A DNA stretch of 64,000 nucleotides, from NCBI GenBank assembly GCA_964057225.1, contig CAXKVF010000073.1, positions 372,001-436,000 of the forward strand. Reading direction: 5' to 3'. The translations under genes were made by a program, and so were the position numbers. Shown here piece by piece: positions 24,101 through 38,900 of this stretch (positions are counted from its first letter, which is position 1; every line of letters starts with the position of its first letter). The notes under the pieces were generated by a model that saw only the letters and a program-made list of their open reading frames with translations, was not told the DNA's origin and did no database searches. This stretch comes from Auanema rhodensis. Lineage: Eukaryota; Animalia; Nematoda.

Positions 24101-27100
24101 TGGTTACCATGCACCAATATCAATAAAAATTTGTTTTTAGACTAATATGGACATGGGGAATCTAATTTTGAAAACCGCATCTCTTTATCTTTCACGTGAA
24201 GCGAGTTACATACCAAGTGCACATCACGTGTACATTTAATTAGCATAAATTAAAGTTCACGTAAATTTCAAAGTCATGGTTACCATGAACCAATATCAAT
24301 AAAAATTTGTTTTTAGACTAATATGGACATGGGGAATCTAATTTTGAAAACCGCATCTCTTTATCTTTCACGTGAAGCGAGTTACATACCAAGTGCACAT
24401 CACGTGTACATTTAATTAGCATAAATTAAAGTTCACGTAAATTTCAAAGTCATGGTTACCATGCACCAATATCAATAAAAATTTGTTTTTAGACTAATAT
24501 GGACATGGGGAATCTAATTTTGAAAACCGCATCTCTTTATCTTTCACGTGAAGCGAGTTACATACCAAGTGCACATCACGTGTACATTTAATTAGCATAA
24601 ATTAAAGTTCACGTAAATTTCAAAGTCATGGTTACCATGAACCAATATCAATAAAAATTTGTTTTTAGACTAATATGGAGATGGGGAATCTGATTTTGAA
24701 AACCGCATCTCTTTATCTTTCACGTGAAGCGAGTTACATACCAAGTGCACATCACGTGTACATTTAATTAGCATAAATCAAAGTTCACGTAAATTTCAAA
24801 GTCATGGTTACCATGAACCAATATCAATAAAAATTTGTTTTTAGACTAATATGGACATAAGGAATCTAATTTTGAAAACCGCATCTCTTTATCTTTCACG
24901 TGAAGCGAGTTACATACCAAGTGCACATCACGTGTACAATTAATTAGCATAAATTAAAGTTCACGTAAATTTCAAAGTCATGGTTACCATGAACCAATAT
25001 CAATAAAAATTTGTTTTTAGACTAATATGGAGATGGGGAATCTGATTTTGAAAACCGCATCTCTTTATCTTAAACGTGAAGCGAGTTACATACCAAGTGC
25101 ACATCACGTGTACATTTAATTAGCATAAATTAAAGTTCACGTAAATTTCAAAGTCATGGTTACCATGCACCAATATCAATAAAAATTTGTTTTTAGACTA
25201 ATATGGACATGGGGAATCTAATTTTGAAAACCGCATCTCTTTATCTTTCACGTGAAGCGAGTTACATACCAAGTGCACATCACGTGTACATTTAATTAGC
25301 ATAAATTAAAGTTCACGTAAATTTCAAAGTCATGGTTACCATGAACCAATATCAATAAAAATTTGTTTTTAGACTAATATGGACATGGGGAATCTAATTT
25401 TAAAAACCGCATCTCTTTATCTTTCACGTGAAGCGAGTTACATACCAAGTGCACATCACGTGTACATTTAATTAGCATAAATTAAAGTTCACGTAAATTT
25501 CAAAGTCATGGTTACCATGCACCAATATCAATAAAAATTTGTTTTCAGACTAATATGGACATGGGGAATCTAATTTTGAAAACCGCATCTCTTTATCTTT
25601 CACGTGAAGCGAGTTACATACCAAGTGCACATCACGTGTACATTTAATTAGCATAAATTAAAGTTCACGTAAATTTCAAAGTCATGGTTACCATGAACCA
25701 ATATCAATAAAAATTTGTTTTTAGACTAATATGGACATGGGGAATCTAATTTTGAAAACCGCATCTCTTTATCTTTCACGTGAAGCGAGTTACATACCAA
25801 GTGCACATCACGTGTTAAATTAATTAGCATAAATTAAAGTTCACGTAAATTTCAAAGTCATGGTTACCATGAACCAATATCAATAAAAATTTGTTTTCAG
25901 ACTAATATGGACATGGGGAATCTAATTTTGAAAACCGCATCTCTTTATCTTTCACGTGAAGCGAGTTACATACCAAGTGCACATCACGTGTACATTTAAT
26001 TAGCATAAATTAAAGTTCACGTAAATTTCAAAGTCATGGTTACCATGAACCAATATCAATAAAAATTTGTTTTTAGACTAATATGGACATGGGGAATCTA
26101 ATTTTGAAAACCGCATCTCTTTATCTTTCACGTGAAGCGAGTTACATACCAAGTGCACATCACGTGTACATTTAATTAGCATAAATTAAAGTTCACGTAA
26201 ATTTCAAAGTCATGGTTACCATGAACCAATATCAATAAAAATTTGTTTTTAGACTAATATGGACATGGGGAATCTAATTTTGAAAACCGCATCTCTTTAT
26301 CTTTCACGTGAAGCGAGTTACATACCAAGTGCACATCACGTGTACATTTAATTAGCATAAATTAAAGTTCACGTAAATTTCAAAGTCATGGTTACCATGC
26401 ACCAATATCAATAAAAATTTGTTTTTAGACTAATATGGACATGGGGAATCTAATTTTGAAAACCGCATCTCTTTATCTTTCACGTGAAGCGAGTTACATA
26501 CCAAGTGCACATCACGTGTACATTTAATTAGCATAAATTAAAGTTCACGTAAATTTCAAAGTCATGGTTACCATGAACCAATATCAATAAAAATTTGTTT
26601 TTAGACTAATATGGACATGGGGAATCTGATTTTGAAAACCGCATCTCTTTATCGTTCACGTGAAGCGAGTTACATACCAAGTGCACATCACGTGTACACT
26701 TAATTAGCATAAATTAAAGTTCACGTAAATTTCAAAGTCATGGTTACCATGAACCAATATCAATAAAAATTTGTTTTTAGACTAATATGGACATGGGGAA
26801 TCTAATTTTGAAAACCGCATCTCTTTATCTTTCACGTGAAGCGAGTTACATACCAAGTGCACATCACGTGTACAATTAATTAGCATAAATTAAAGTTCAC
26901 GTAAATTTCAAAGTCATGGTTACCATGAACCAATATCAATAAAAATTTGTTTTTAGACTAATATGGACATGGGGAATCTAATTTTGAAAACCGCATCTCT
27001 TTATCTTTCACGTGAAGCGAGTTACATACCAAGTGCACATCACGTGTACATTTAATTAGCATAAATTAAAGTTCACGTAAATTTCAAAGTCATGGTTACC

Positions 27101-30100
27101 ATGCACCAATATCAATAAAAATTTGTTTTTAGACTAATATGGACATGGGGAATCTAATTTTGAAAACCGCATCTCTTTATCTTTCACGTGAAGCGAGTTA
27201 CATACCAAGTGCACATCACGTGTACATTTAATTAGCATAAATTAAAGTTCACGTAAATTTCAAAGTCATGGTTACCATGAACCAATATCAATAAAAATTT
27301 GTTTTTAGACTAATATGGAGATGGGGAATCTGATTTTGAAAACCGCATCTCTTTATCTTTCACGTGAAGCGAGTTACATACCAAGTGCACATCACGTGTA
27401 CATTTAATTAGCATAAATCAAAGTTCACGTAAATTTCAAAGTCAAGGTTACCATGAACCAATATCAATAAAAATTTGTTTTTAGACTAATATGGACATAA
27501 GGAATCTAATTTTGAAAACCGCATCTCTTTATCTTTCACGTGAAGCGAGTTACATACCAAGTGCACATCACGTGTACAATTAATTAGCATAAATTAAAGT
27601 TCACGTAAATTTCAAAGTCATGGTTACCATGAACCAATATCAATAAAAATTTGTTTTTAGACTAATATGGAGATGGGGAATCTGATTTTGAAAACCGCAT
27701 CTCTTTATCTTAAACGTGAAGCGAGTTACATACCAAGTGCACATCACGTGTACATTTAATTAGCATAAATTAAAGTTCACGTAAATTTCAAAGTCATGGT
27801 TACCATGCACCAATATCAATAAAAATTTGTTTTTAGACTAATATGGACATGGGGAATCTAATTTTGAAAACCGCATCTCTTTATCTTTCACGTGAAGCGA
27901 GTTACATACCAAGTGCACATCACGTGTACATTTAATTAGCATAAATCAAAGTTCACGTAAATTTCAAAGTCATGGTTACCATGAACCAATATCAATAAAA
28001 ATTTGTTTTTAGACTAATATGGAGATGGGGAATCTGATTTTGAAAACCGCATCTCTTTATCTTTCACGTGAAGCGAGTTACATACCAAGTGCACATCACG
28101 TGTACATTTAATTAGCATAAATCAAAGTTCACGTAAATTTCAAAGTCATGGTTACCATGAACCAATATCAATAAAAATTTGTTTTTAGACTAATATGGAC
28201 ATAAGGAATCTAATTTTGAAAACCGCATCTCTTTATCTTTCACGTGAAGCGAGTTACATACCAAGTGCACATCACGTGTACAATTAATTAGCATAAATTA
28301 AAGTTCACGTAAATTTCAAAGTCATGGTTACCATGAACCAATATCAATAAAAATTTGTTTTTAGACTAATATGGAGATGGGGAATCTGATTTTGAAAACC
28401 GCATCTCTTTATCTTAAACGTGAAGCGAGTTACATACCAAGTGCACATCACGTGTACATTTAATTAGCATAAATTAAAGTTCACGTAAATTTCAAAGTCA
28501 TGGTTACCATGCACCAATATCAATAAAAATTTGTTTTTAGACTAATATGGACATGGGGAATCTAATTTTGAAAACCGCATCTCTTTATCTTTCACGTGAA
28601 GCGAGTTACATACCAAGTGCACATCACGTGTACATTTAATTAGCATAAATTAAAGTTCACGTAAATTTCAAAGTCATGGTTACCATGAACCAATATCAAT
28701 AAAAATTTGTTTTTAGACTAATATGGACATGGGGAATCTAATTTTAAAAACCGCATCTCTTTATCTTTCACGTGAAGCGAGTTACATACCAAGTGCACAT
28801 CACGTGTACATTTAATTAGCATAAATTAAAGTTCACGTAAATTTCAAAGTCATGGTTACCATGCACCAATATCAATAAAAATTTGTTTTCAGACTAATAT
28901 GGACATGGGGAATCTAATTTTGAAAACCGCATCTCTTTATCTTTCACGTGAAGCGAGTTACATACCAAGTGCACATCACGTGTACATTTAATTAGCATAA
29001 ATTAAAGTTCACGTAATTTTCAAAGTCATGGTTACCATGAACCAATATCAATAAAAATTTGTTTTTAGACTAATATGGACATGGAGAATCTAATTTTGAA
29101 AACCGCATCTCTTTATCTTTCACGTGAAGCGAGTTACATACCAAGTGCACATCACGTGTACAATTAATTAGCATAAATTAAAGTTCACGTAAATTTCAAA
29201 GTCATGGTTACCATGAACCAATATCAATAAAAATTTGTTTTCAGACTAATATGGACATGGGGAATCTAATTTTGAAAACCGCATCTCTTTATCTTTCACG
29301 TGAAGCGAGTTACATACCAAGTGCACATCACGTGTACATTTAATTAGCATAAATTAAAGTTCACGTAAATTTCAAAGTCATGGTTACCATGAACCAATAT
29401 CAATAAAAATTTGTTTTTAGACTAATATGGACATGGGGAATCTAATTTTGAAAACCGCATCTCTTTATCTTTCACGTGAAGCGAGTTACATACCAAGTGC
29501 ACATCACGTGTACATTTAATTAGCATAAATTAAAGTTCACGTAAATTTCAAAGTCATGGTTACCATGAACCAATATCAATAAAAATTTGTTTTTAGACTA
29601 ATATGGACATGGGGAATCTAATTTTGAAAACCGCATCTCTTTATCTTTCACGTGAAGCGAGTTACATACCAAGTGCACATCACGTGTACATTTAATTAGC
29701 ATAAATTAAAGTTCACGTAAATTTCAAAGTCATGGTTACCATGCACCAATATCAATAAAAATTTGTTTTTAGACTAATATGGACATGGGGAATCTAATTT
29801 TGAAAACCGCATCTCTTTATCTTTCACGTGAAGCGAGTTACATACCAAGTGCACATCACGTGTACATTTAATTAGCATAAATTAAAGTTCACGTAAATTT
29901 CAAAGTCATGGTTACCATGAACCAATATCAATAAAAATTTGTTTTTAGACTAATATGGACATGGGGAATCTGATTTTGAAAACCGCATCTCTTTATCGTT
30001 CACGTGAAGCGAGTTACATACCAAGTGCACATCACGTGTACACTTAATTAGCATAAATTAAAGTTCACGTAAATTTCAAAGTCATGGTTACCATGAACCA

Positions 30101-32908
30101 ATATCAATAAAAATTTGTTTTTAGACTAATATGGACATGGGGAATCTAATTTTGAAAACCGCATCTCTTTATCTTTCACGTGAAGCGAGTTACATACCAA
30201 GTGCACATCACGTGTACAATTAATTAGCATAAATTAAAGTTCACGTAAATTTCAAAGTCATGGTTACCATGAACCAATATCAATAAAAATTTGTTTTTAG
30301 ACTAATATGGACATGGGGAATCTAATTTTGAAAACCGCATCTCTTTATCTTTCACGTGAAGCGAGTTACATACCAAGTGCACATCACGTGTACATTTAAT
30401 TAGCATAAATTAAAGTTCACGTAAATTTCAAAGTCATGGTTACCATGCACCAATATCAATAAAAATTTGTTTTTAGACTAATATGGACATGGGGAATCTA
30501 ATTTTGAAAACCGCATCTCTTTATCTTTCACGTGAAGCGAGTTACATACCAAGTGCACATCACGTGTACATTTAATTAGCATAAATTAAAGTTCACGTAA
30601 ATTTCAAAGTCATGGTTACCATGAACCAATATCAATAAAAATTTGTTTTTAGACTAATATGGAGATGGGGAATCTGATTTTGAAAACCGCATCTCTTTAT
30701 CTTTCACGTGAAGCGAGTTACATACCAAGTGCACATCACGTGTACATTTAATTAGCATAAATTAAAGTTCACGTAAATTTCAAAGTCAAGGTTACCATGA
30801 ACCAATATCAATAAAAATTTGTTTTTAGACTAATATGGACATAAGGAATCTAATTTTGAAAACCGCATCTCTTTATCTTTCACGTGAAGCGAGTTACATA
30901 CCAAGTGCACATCACGTGTACATTTAATTAGCATAAATCAAAGTTCACGTAAATTTCAAAGTCAAGGTTACCATGAACCAATATCAATAAAAATTTGTTT
31001 TTAGACTAATATGGACATAAGGAATCTAATTTTGAAAACCGCATCTCTTTATCTTTCACGTGAAGCGAGTTACATACCAAGTGCACATCACGTGTACAAT
31101 TAATTAGCATAAATTAAAGTTCACGTAAATTTCAAAGTCATGGTTACCATGAACCAATATCAATAAAAATTTGTTTTTAGACTAATATGGAGATGGGGAA
31201 TCTGATTTTGAAAACCGCATCTCTTTATCTTAAACGTGAAGCGAGTTACATACCAAGTGCACATCACGTGTACATTTAATTAGCATAAATTAAAGTTCAC
31301 GTAAATTTCAAAGTCATGGTTACCATGCACCAATATCAATAAAAATTTGTTTTTAGACTAATATGGACATGGGGAATCTAATTTTGAAAACCGCATCTCT
31401 TTATCTTTCACGTGAAGCGAGTTACATACCAAGTGCACATCACGTGTACATTTAATTAGCATAAATTAAAGTTCACGTAAATTTCAAAGTCATGGTTACC
31501 ATGAACCAATATCAATAAAAATTTGTTTTTAGACTAATATGGACATGGGGAATCTAATTTTAAAAACCGCATCTCTTTATCTTTCACGTGAAGCGAGTTA
31601 CATACCAAGTGCACATCACGTGTACATTTAATTAGCATAAATTAAAGTTCACGTAAATTTCAAAGTCATGGTTACCATGCACCAATATCAATAAAAATTT
31701 GTTTTCAGACTAATATGGACATGGGGAATCTAATTTTGAAAACCGCATCTCTTTATCTTTCACGTGAAGCGAGTTACATACCAAGTGCACATCACGTGTA
31801 CATTTAATTAGCATAAATTAAAGTTCACGTAAATTTCAAAGTCATGGTTACCATGAACCAATATCAATAAAAATTTGTTTTTAGACTAATATGGACATGG
31901 GGAATCTAATTTTGAAAACCGCATCTCTTTATCTTTCACGTGAAGCGAGTTACATACCAAGTGCACATCACGTGTACAATTAATTAGCATAAATTAAAGT
32001 TCACGTAAATTTCAAAGTCATGGTTACCATGAACCAATATCAATAAAAATTTGTTTTTAGACTAATATGGACATGGGGAATCTAATTTTGAAAACCGCAT
32101 CTCTTTATCTTTCACGTGAAGCGAGTTACATACCAAGTGCACATCACGTGTACAATTAATTAGCATAAATTAAAGTTCACGTAAATTTCAAAGTCATGGT
32201 TACCATGAACCAATATCAATAAAAATTTGTTTTTAGACTAATATGGACATGGGGAATCTAATTTTGAAAACCGCATCTCTTTATCTTTCACGTGAAGCGA
32301 GTTACATACCAAGTGCACATCACGTGTACATTTAATTAGCATAAATTAAAGTTCACGTAAATTTCAAAGTCATGGTTACCATGAACCAATATCAATAAAA
32401 ATTTGTTTTTAGACTAATATGGACATGGGGAATCTAATTTTGAAAACCGCATCTCTTTATCTTTCACGTGAAGCGAGTTACATACCAAGTGCACATCACG
32501 TGTACATTTAATTAGCATAAATTAAAGTTCACGTAAATTTCAAAGTCATGGTTACCATGAACCAATATCAATAAAAATTTGTTTTTAGACTAATATGGAC
32601 ATGGGGAATCTAATTTTGAAAACCGCATCTCTTTATCTTTCACGTGAAGCGAGTTACATACCAAGTGCACATCACGTGTACATTTAATTAGCATAAATTA
32701 AAGTTCACGTAAATTTCAAAGTCATGGTTACCATGCACCAATATCAATAAAAATTTGTTTTTAGACTAATATGGACATGGGGAATCTAATTTTGAAAACC
32801 GCATCTCTTTATCTTTCACGTGAAGCGAGTTACATACCAAGTGCACATCACGTGTACATTTAATTAGCATAAATTAAAGTTCACGTAAATTTCAAAGTCA
32901 TGGTTACC
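15133..32908. repeat. Variable-length 15-19-monomer higher-order repeat, ~6 units
   Basis: An ordered marker cassette (GG>AA 47-48, TC>AA 84-85, C4, A62, C4+C30) recurs. A62 falls at 16602, 19946, 22586, 25402, 28746 and 31562, i.e. spacings of 19, 15, 16, 19 and 16 monomers. Boundaries are approximate. Confidence 0.85.
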
Positions 32909-35900
32909 ATGAACCAATATCAATAAAAATTTGTTTTTAGACTAATATGGACATGGGGAATCTAATTTTGAAAACCGCATCTCTTTATCTTTCACGTGAA
33001 GCGAGTTACATACCAAGTGCACATCACGTGTACAATTAATTAGCATAAATTAAAGTTCACGTAAATTTCAAAGTCATGGTTACCATGAACCAATATCAAT
33101 AAAAATTTGTTTTTAGACTAATATGGAGATGGGGAATCTGATTTTGAAAACCGCATCTCTTTATCTTTCACGTGAAGCGAGTTACATACCAAGTGCACAT
33201 CACGTGTACATTTAATTAGCATAAATCAAAGTTCACGTAAATTTCAAAGTCATGATTACCATGAACCAATATCAATAAAAATTTGTTTTTAGACTAATAT
33301 GGACATGGGGAATCTAATTTTGAAAACCGCATCTCTTTATCTTTCACGTGAAGCGAGTTACATACCAAGTGCACATCACGTGTACATTTAATTAGCATAA
33401 ATTAAAGTTCACGTAAATTTCAAAGTCATGGTTACCATGCACCAATATCAATAAAAATTTGTTTTTAGACTAATATGGACATGGGGAATCTAATTTTGAA
33501 AACCGCATCTCTTTATCTTTCACGTGAAGCGAGTTACATACCAAGTGCACATCACGTGTACATTTAATTAGCATAAATTAAAGTTCACGTAAATTTCAAA
33601 GTCATGGTTACCATGCACCAATATCAATAAAAATTTGTTTTTAGACTAATATGGACATGGGGAATCTGATTTTGAAAACCGCATCTCTTTATCGTTCACG
33701 TGAAGCGAGTTACATACCAAGTGCACATCACGTGTACATTTAATTAGCATAAATTAAAGTTCACGTAAATTTCAAAGTCATGGTTACCATGCACCAATAT
33801 CAATAAAAATTTGTTTTTAGACTAATATGGACATGGGGAATCTAATTTTGAAAACCGCATCTCTTTATCTTTCACGTGAAGCGAGTTACATACCAAGTGC
33901 ACATCACGTGTACATTTAATTAGCATAAATTAAAGTTCACGTAAATTTCAAAGTCATGGTTACCATGCACCAATATCAATAAAAATTTGTTTTTAGACTA
34001 ATATGGACATGGGGAATCTGATTTTGAAAACCGCATCTCTTTATCGTTCACGTGAAGCGAGTTACATACCAAGTGCACATCACGTGTACACTTAATTAGC
34101 ATAAATTAAAGTTCACGTAAATTTCAAAGTCATGGTTACCATGAACCAATATCAATAAAAATTTGTTTTTAGACTAATATGGACATGGGGAATCTAATTA
34201 TGAAAACCGCATCTCTTTATCTTTCACGTGAAGCGAGTTACATACCAAGTGCACATCACGTGTACAATTAATTAGCATAAATTAAAGTTCACGTAAATTT
34301 CAAAGTCATGGTTACCATGAACCAATATCAATAAAAATTTGTTTTTAGACTAATATGGACATGGGGAATCTAATTTTGAAAACCGCATCTCTTTATCTTT
34401 CACGTGAAGCGAGTTACATACCAAGTGCACATCACGTGTACATTTAATTAGCATAAATTAAAGTTCACGTAAATTTCAAAGTCATGGTTACCATGCACCA
34501 ATATCAATAAAAATTTGTTTTTAGACTAATATGGACATGGGGAATCTAATTTTGAAAACCGCATCTCTTTATCTTTCACGTGAAGCGAGTTACATACCAA
34601 GTGCACATCACGTGTACATTTAATTAGCATAAATTAAAGTTCACGTAAATTTCAAAGTCATGGTTACCATGAACCAATATCAATAAAAATTTGTTTTTAG
34701 ACTAATATGGACATGGGGAATCTAATTTTGAAAACCGCATCTCTTTATCTTTCACGTGAAGCGAGTTACATACCAAGTGCACATCACGTGTACAATTAAT
34801 TAGCATAAATTAAAGTTCACGTAAATTTCAAAGTCATGGTTACCATGAACCAATATCAATAAAAATTTGTTTTTAGACTAATATGGAGATGGGGAATCTG
34901 ATTTTGAAAACCGCATCTCTTTATCGTTCACGTGAAGCGAGTTACATACCAAGTGCACATCACGTGTACATTTAATTAGCATAAATCAAAGTTCACGTAA
35001 ATTTCAAAGTCATGGTTACCATGAACCAATATCAATAAAAATTTGTTTTTAGACTAATATGGACATGGGGAATCTAATTTTGAAAACCGCATCTCTTTAT
35101 CTTTCACGTGAAGCGAGTTACATACCAAGTGCACATCACGTGTACAATTAATTAGCATAAATTAAAGTTCACGTAAATTTCAAAGTCATGGTTACCATGC
35201 ACCAATATCAATAAAAATTTGTTTTTAGACTAATATGGACATGGGGAATCTAATTTTGAAAACCGCATCTCTTTATCTTTCACGTGAAGCGAGTTACATA
35301 CCAAGTGCACATCACGTGTACATTTAATTAGCATAAATTAAAGTTCACGTAAATTTCAAAGTCATGGTTACCATGAACCAATATCAATAAAAATTTGTTT
35401 TTAGACTAATATGGACATGGGGAATCTAATTTTGAAAACCGCATCTCTTTATCTTTCACGTGAAGCGAGTTACATACTAAGTGCACATCACGTGTACATT
35501 TAATTAGCATAAATTAAAGTTCACGTAAATTTCAAAGTCATGGTTACCATGCACCAATATCAATAAAAATTTGTTTTTAGACTAATATGGACATGGGGAA
35601 TCTAATTTTGAAAACCGCATCTCTTTATCTTTCACGTGAAGCGAGTTACATACCAAGTGCACATCACGTGTACATTTAATTAGCATAAATTAAAGTTCAC
35701 GTAAATTTCAAAGTCATGGTTACCATGCACCAATATCAATAAAAATTTGTTTTTAGACTAATATGGACATGGGGAATCTAATTTTGAAAACCGCATCTCT
35801 TTATCTTTCACGTGAAGCGAGTTACATACCAAGTGCACATCACGTGTACATTTAATTAGCATAAATTAAAGTTCACGTAAATTTCAAAGTTATGGTTACC

Positions 35901-38900
35901 ATGAACCAATATCAATAAAAATTTGTTTTTAGACTAATATGGACATGGGGAATCTAATTTTGAAAACCGCATCTCTTTATCTTTGACGTGAAGCGAGTTA
36001 CATACCAAGTGCACATCACGTGTACAATTAATTAGCATAAATTAAAGTTCACGTAAATTTCAAAGTCATGGTTACCATGAACCAATATCAATAAAAATTT
36101 GTTTTTAGACTAATATGGAGATGGGAAATCTGATTTTGAAAACCGCATCTCTTTATCGTTCACGTGAAGCGAGTTACATACCAAGTGCACATCACGTGTA
36201 CATTTAATTAGCATAAATCAAAGTTCACGTAAATTTCAAAGTCATGGTTACCATGAACCAATATCAATAAAAATTTGTTTTTAGACTAATATGGACATGG
36301 GGAATCTAATTTTGAAAACCGCATCTCTTTATCTTTCACGTGAAGCGAGTTACATACCAAGTGCACATCACGTGTACAATTAATTAGCATAAATTAAAGT
36401 TCACGTAAATTTCAAAGTCATGGTTACCATGAACCAATATCAATAAAAATTTGTTTTTAGACTAATATGGACATGGGGAATCTAATTTTGAAAACCGCAT
36501 CTCTTTATCTTTCACGTGAAGCGAGTTACATACCAAGTGCACATCACGTGTACATTTAATTAGCATAAATTAAAGTTCACGTAAATTTCAAAGTCATGGT
36601 TACCATGCACCAATATCAATAAAAATTTGTTTTTAGACTAATATGGACATGGGGAATCTTATTTTGAAAACCGCATCTCTTTATCTTTCACGTGAAGCGA
36701 GTTACATACCAAGTGCACATCACGTGTACATTTAATTAGCATGAATTAAAGTTCACGTAAATTTCAAAGTCATGGTTACCATGAACCAATATCAATAAAA
36801 ATTTGTTGTTAGACTAATATGGACATGGGGAATCTAATTTTGAAAACCGCATCTCTTTATCTTTCACGTGAAGCGAGTTACATACTAAGTGCACATCACG
36901 TGTACATTTAATTAGCATAAATTAAAGTTCACGTAAATTTCAAAGTCATGGTTACCATGCACCAATATCAATAAAAATTTGTTTTTAGACTAATATGGAC
37001 ATGGGGAATCTTATTTTGAAAACCGCATCTCTTTATCTTTCACGTGAAGCGAGTTACATACCAAGTGCACATCACGTGTACATTTAATTAGCATAAATCA
37101 AAGTTCACGTAAATTTCAAAGTCATGGTTACCATGAACCAATATCAATAAAAATTTGTTTTTAGACTAATATGGACATGGGGAATCTAATTTTGAAAACC
37201 GCATCTCTTTATCTTTCACGTGAAGCGAGTTACATACCAAGTGCACATCACGTGTACAATTAATTAGCATAAATTAAAGTTCACGTAAATTTCAAAGTCA
37301 TAGTTACCATGAACCAATATCAATAAAAATTTGTTTTTAGACTAATATGGAGATGGGGAATCTGATTTTGAAAACCGCATCTCTTTATCTTAAACGTGAA
37401 GCGAGTTACATACCAAGTGCACATCACGTGTACATTTAATTAGCATAAATTAAAGTTCACGTAAATTTCAAAGTCATGGTTACCATGCACCAATATCAAT
37501 AAAAATTTGTTTTTAGACTAATATGGACATGGGGAATCTAATTTTGAAAACCGCATCTCTTTATCTTTCACGTGAAGCGAGTTACATACCAAGTGCACAT
37601 CACGTGTACAATTAATTAGCATAAATTAAAGTTCACGTAAATTTCAAAGTCATAGTTACCATGAACCAATATCAATAAAAATTTGTTTTTAGACTAATAT
37701 GGAGATGGGGAATCTGATTTTGAAAACCGCATCTCTTTATCTTAAACGTGAAGCGAGTTACATACCAAGTGCACATCACGTGTACATTTAATTAGCATAA
37801 ATTAAAGTTCACGTAAATTTCAAAGTCATGGTTACCATGCACCAATATCAATAAAAATTTGTTTTTAGACTAATATGGACATGGGGAATCTAATTTTGAA
37901 AACCGCATCTCTTTATCTTTCACGTGAAGCGAGTTACATACCAAGTGCACATCACGTGTACATTTAATTAGCATAAATTAAAGTTCACGTAAATTTCAAA
38001 GTCATGGTTACCATGAACCAATATCAATGAAAATTTGTTTTTAGACTAATATGGACATGGGGAATCTAATTTTGAAAACCGCATCTCTTTATCTTTCACG
38101 TGAAGCGAGTTACATACCAAGTGCACATCACGTGTACAATTAATTAGCATAAATTAAAGTTCACGTAAATTTCAAAGTCATGGTTACCATGAACCAATAT
38201 CAATAAAAATTTGTTTTTAGACTAATATGGACATGGGGAATCTAATTTTGAAAACCGCATCTCTTTATCTTTCACGTGAAGCGAGTTACATACCAAGTGC
38301 ACATCACGTGTACAATTAATTAGCATAAATCAAAGTTCACGTAAATTTCAAAGTCATGGTTACCATGAACCAATATCAATAAAAATTTGTTTTTAGACTA
38401 ATATGGACATAAGGAATCTAATTTTGAAAACCGCATCTCTTTATCTTTCACGTGAAGCGAGTTACATACCAAGTGCACATCACGTGTACATTTAATTAGC
38501 ATAAATTAAAGTTCACGTAAATTTCAAAGTCATGGTTACCATGCACCAATATCAATAAAAATTTGTTTTTAGACTAATATGGACATGGGGAATCTAATTT
38601 TGAAAACCGCATCTCTTTATCTTTCACGTGAAGCGAGTTACATACCAAGTGCACATCACGTGTACAATTAATTAGCATAAATAAAAGTTCACGTAAATTT
38701 CAAAGTCATGGTTACCATGAACCAATATCAATAAAAATTTGTTTTTAGACTAATATGGACATGGGGAATCTAATTTTGAAAACCGCATCTCTTTATCTTT
38801 CACGTGAAGCGAGTTACATACCAAGTGCACATCACGTGTACATTTAATTAGCATAAATTAAAGTTCACGTAAATTTCAAAGTCATGGTTACCATGCACCA

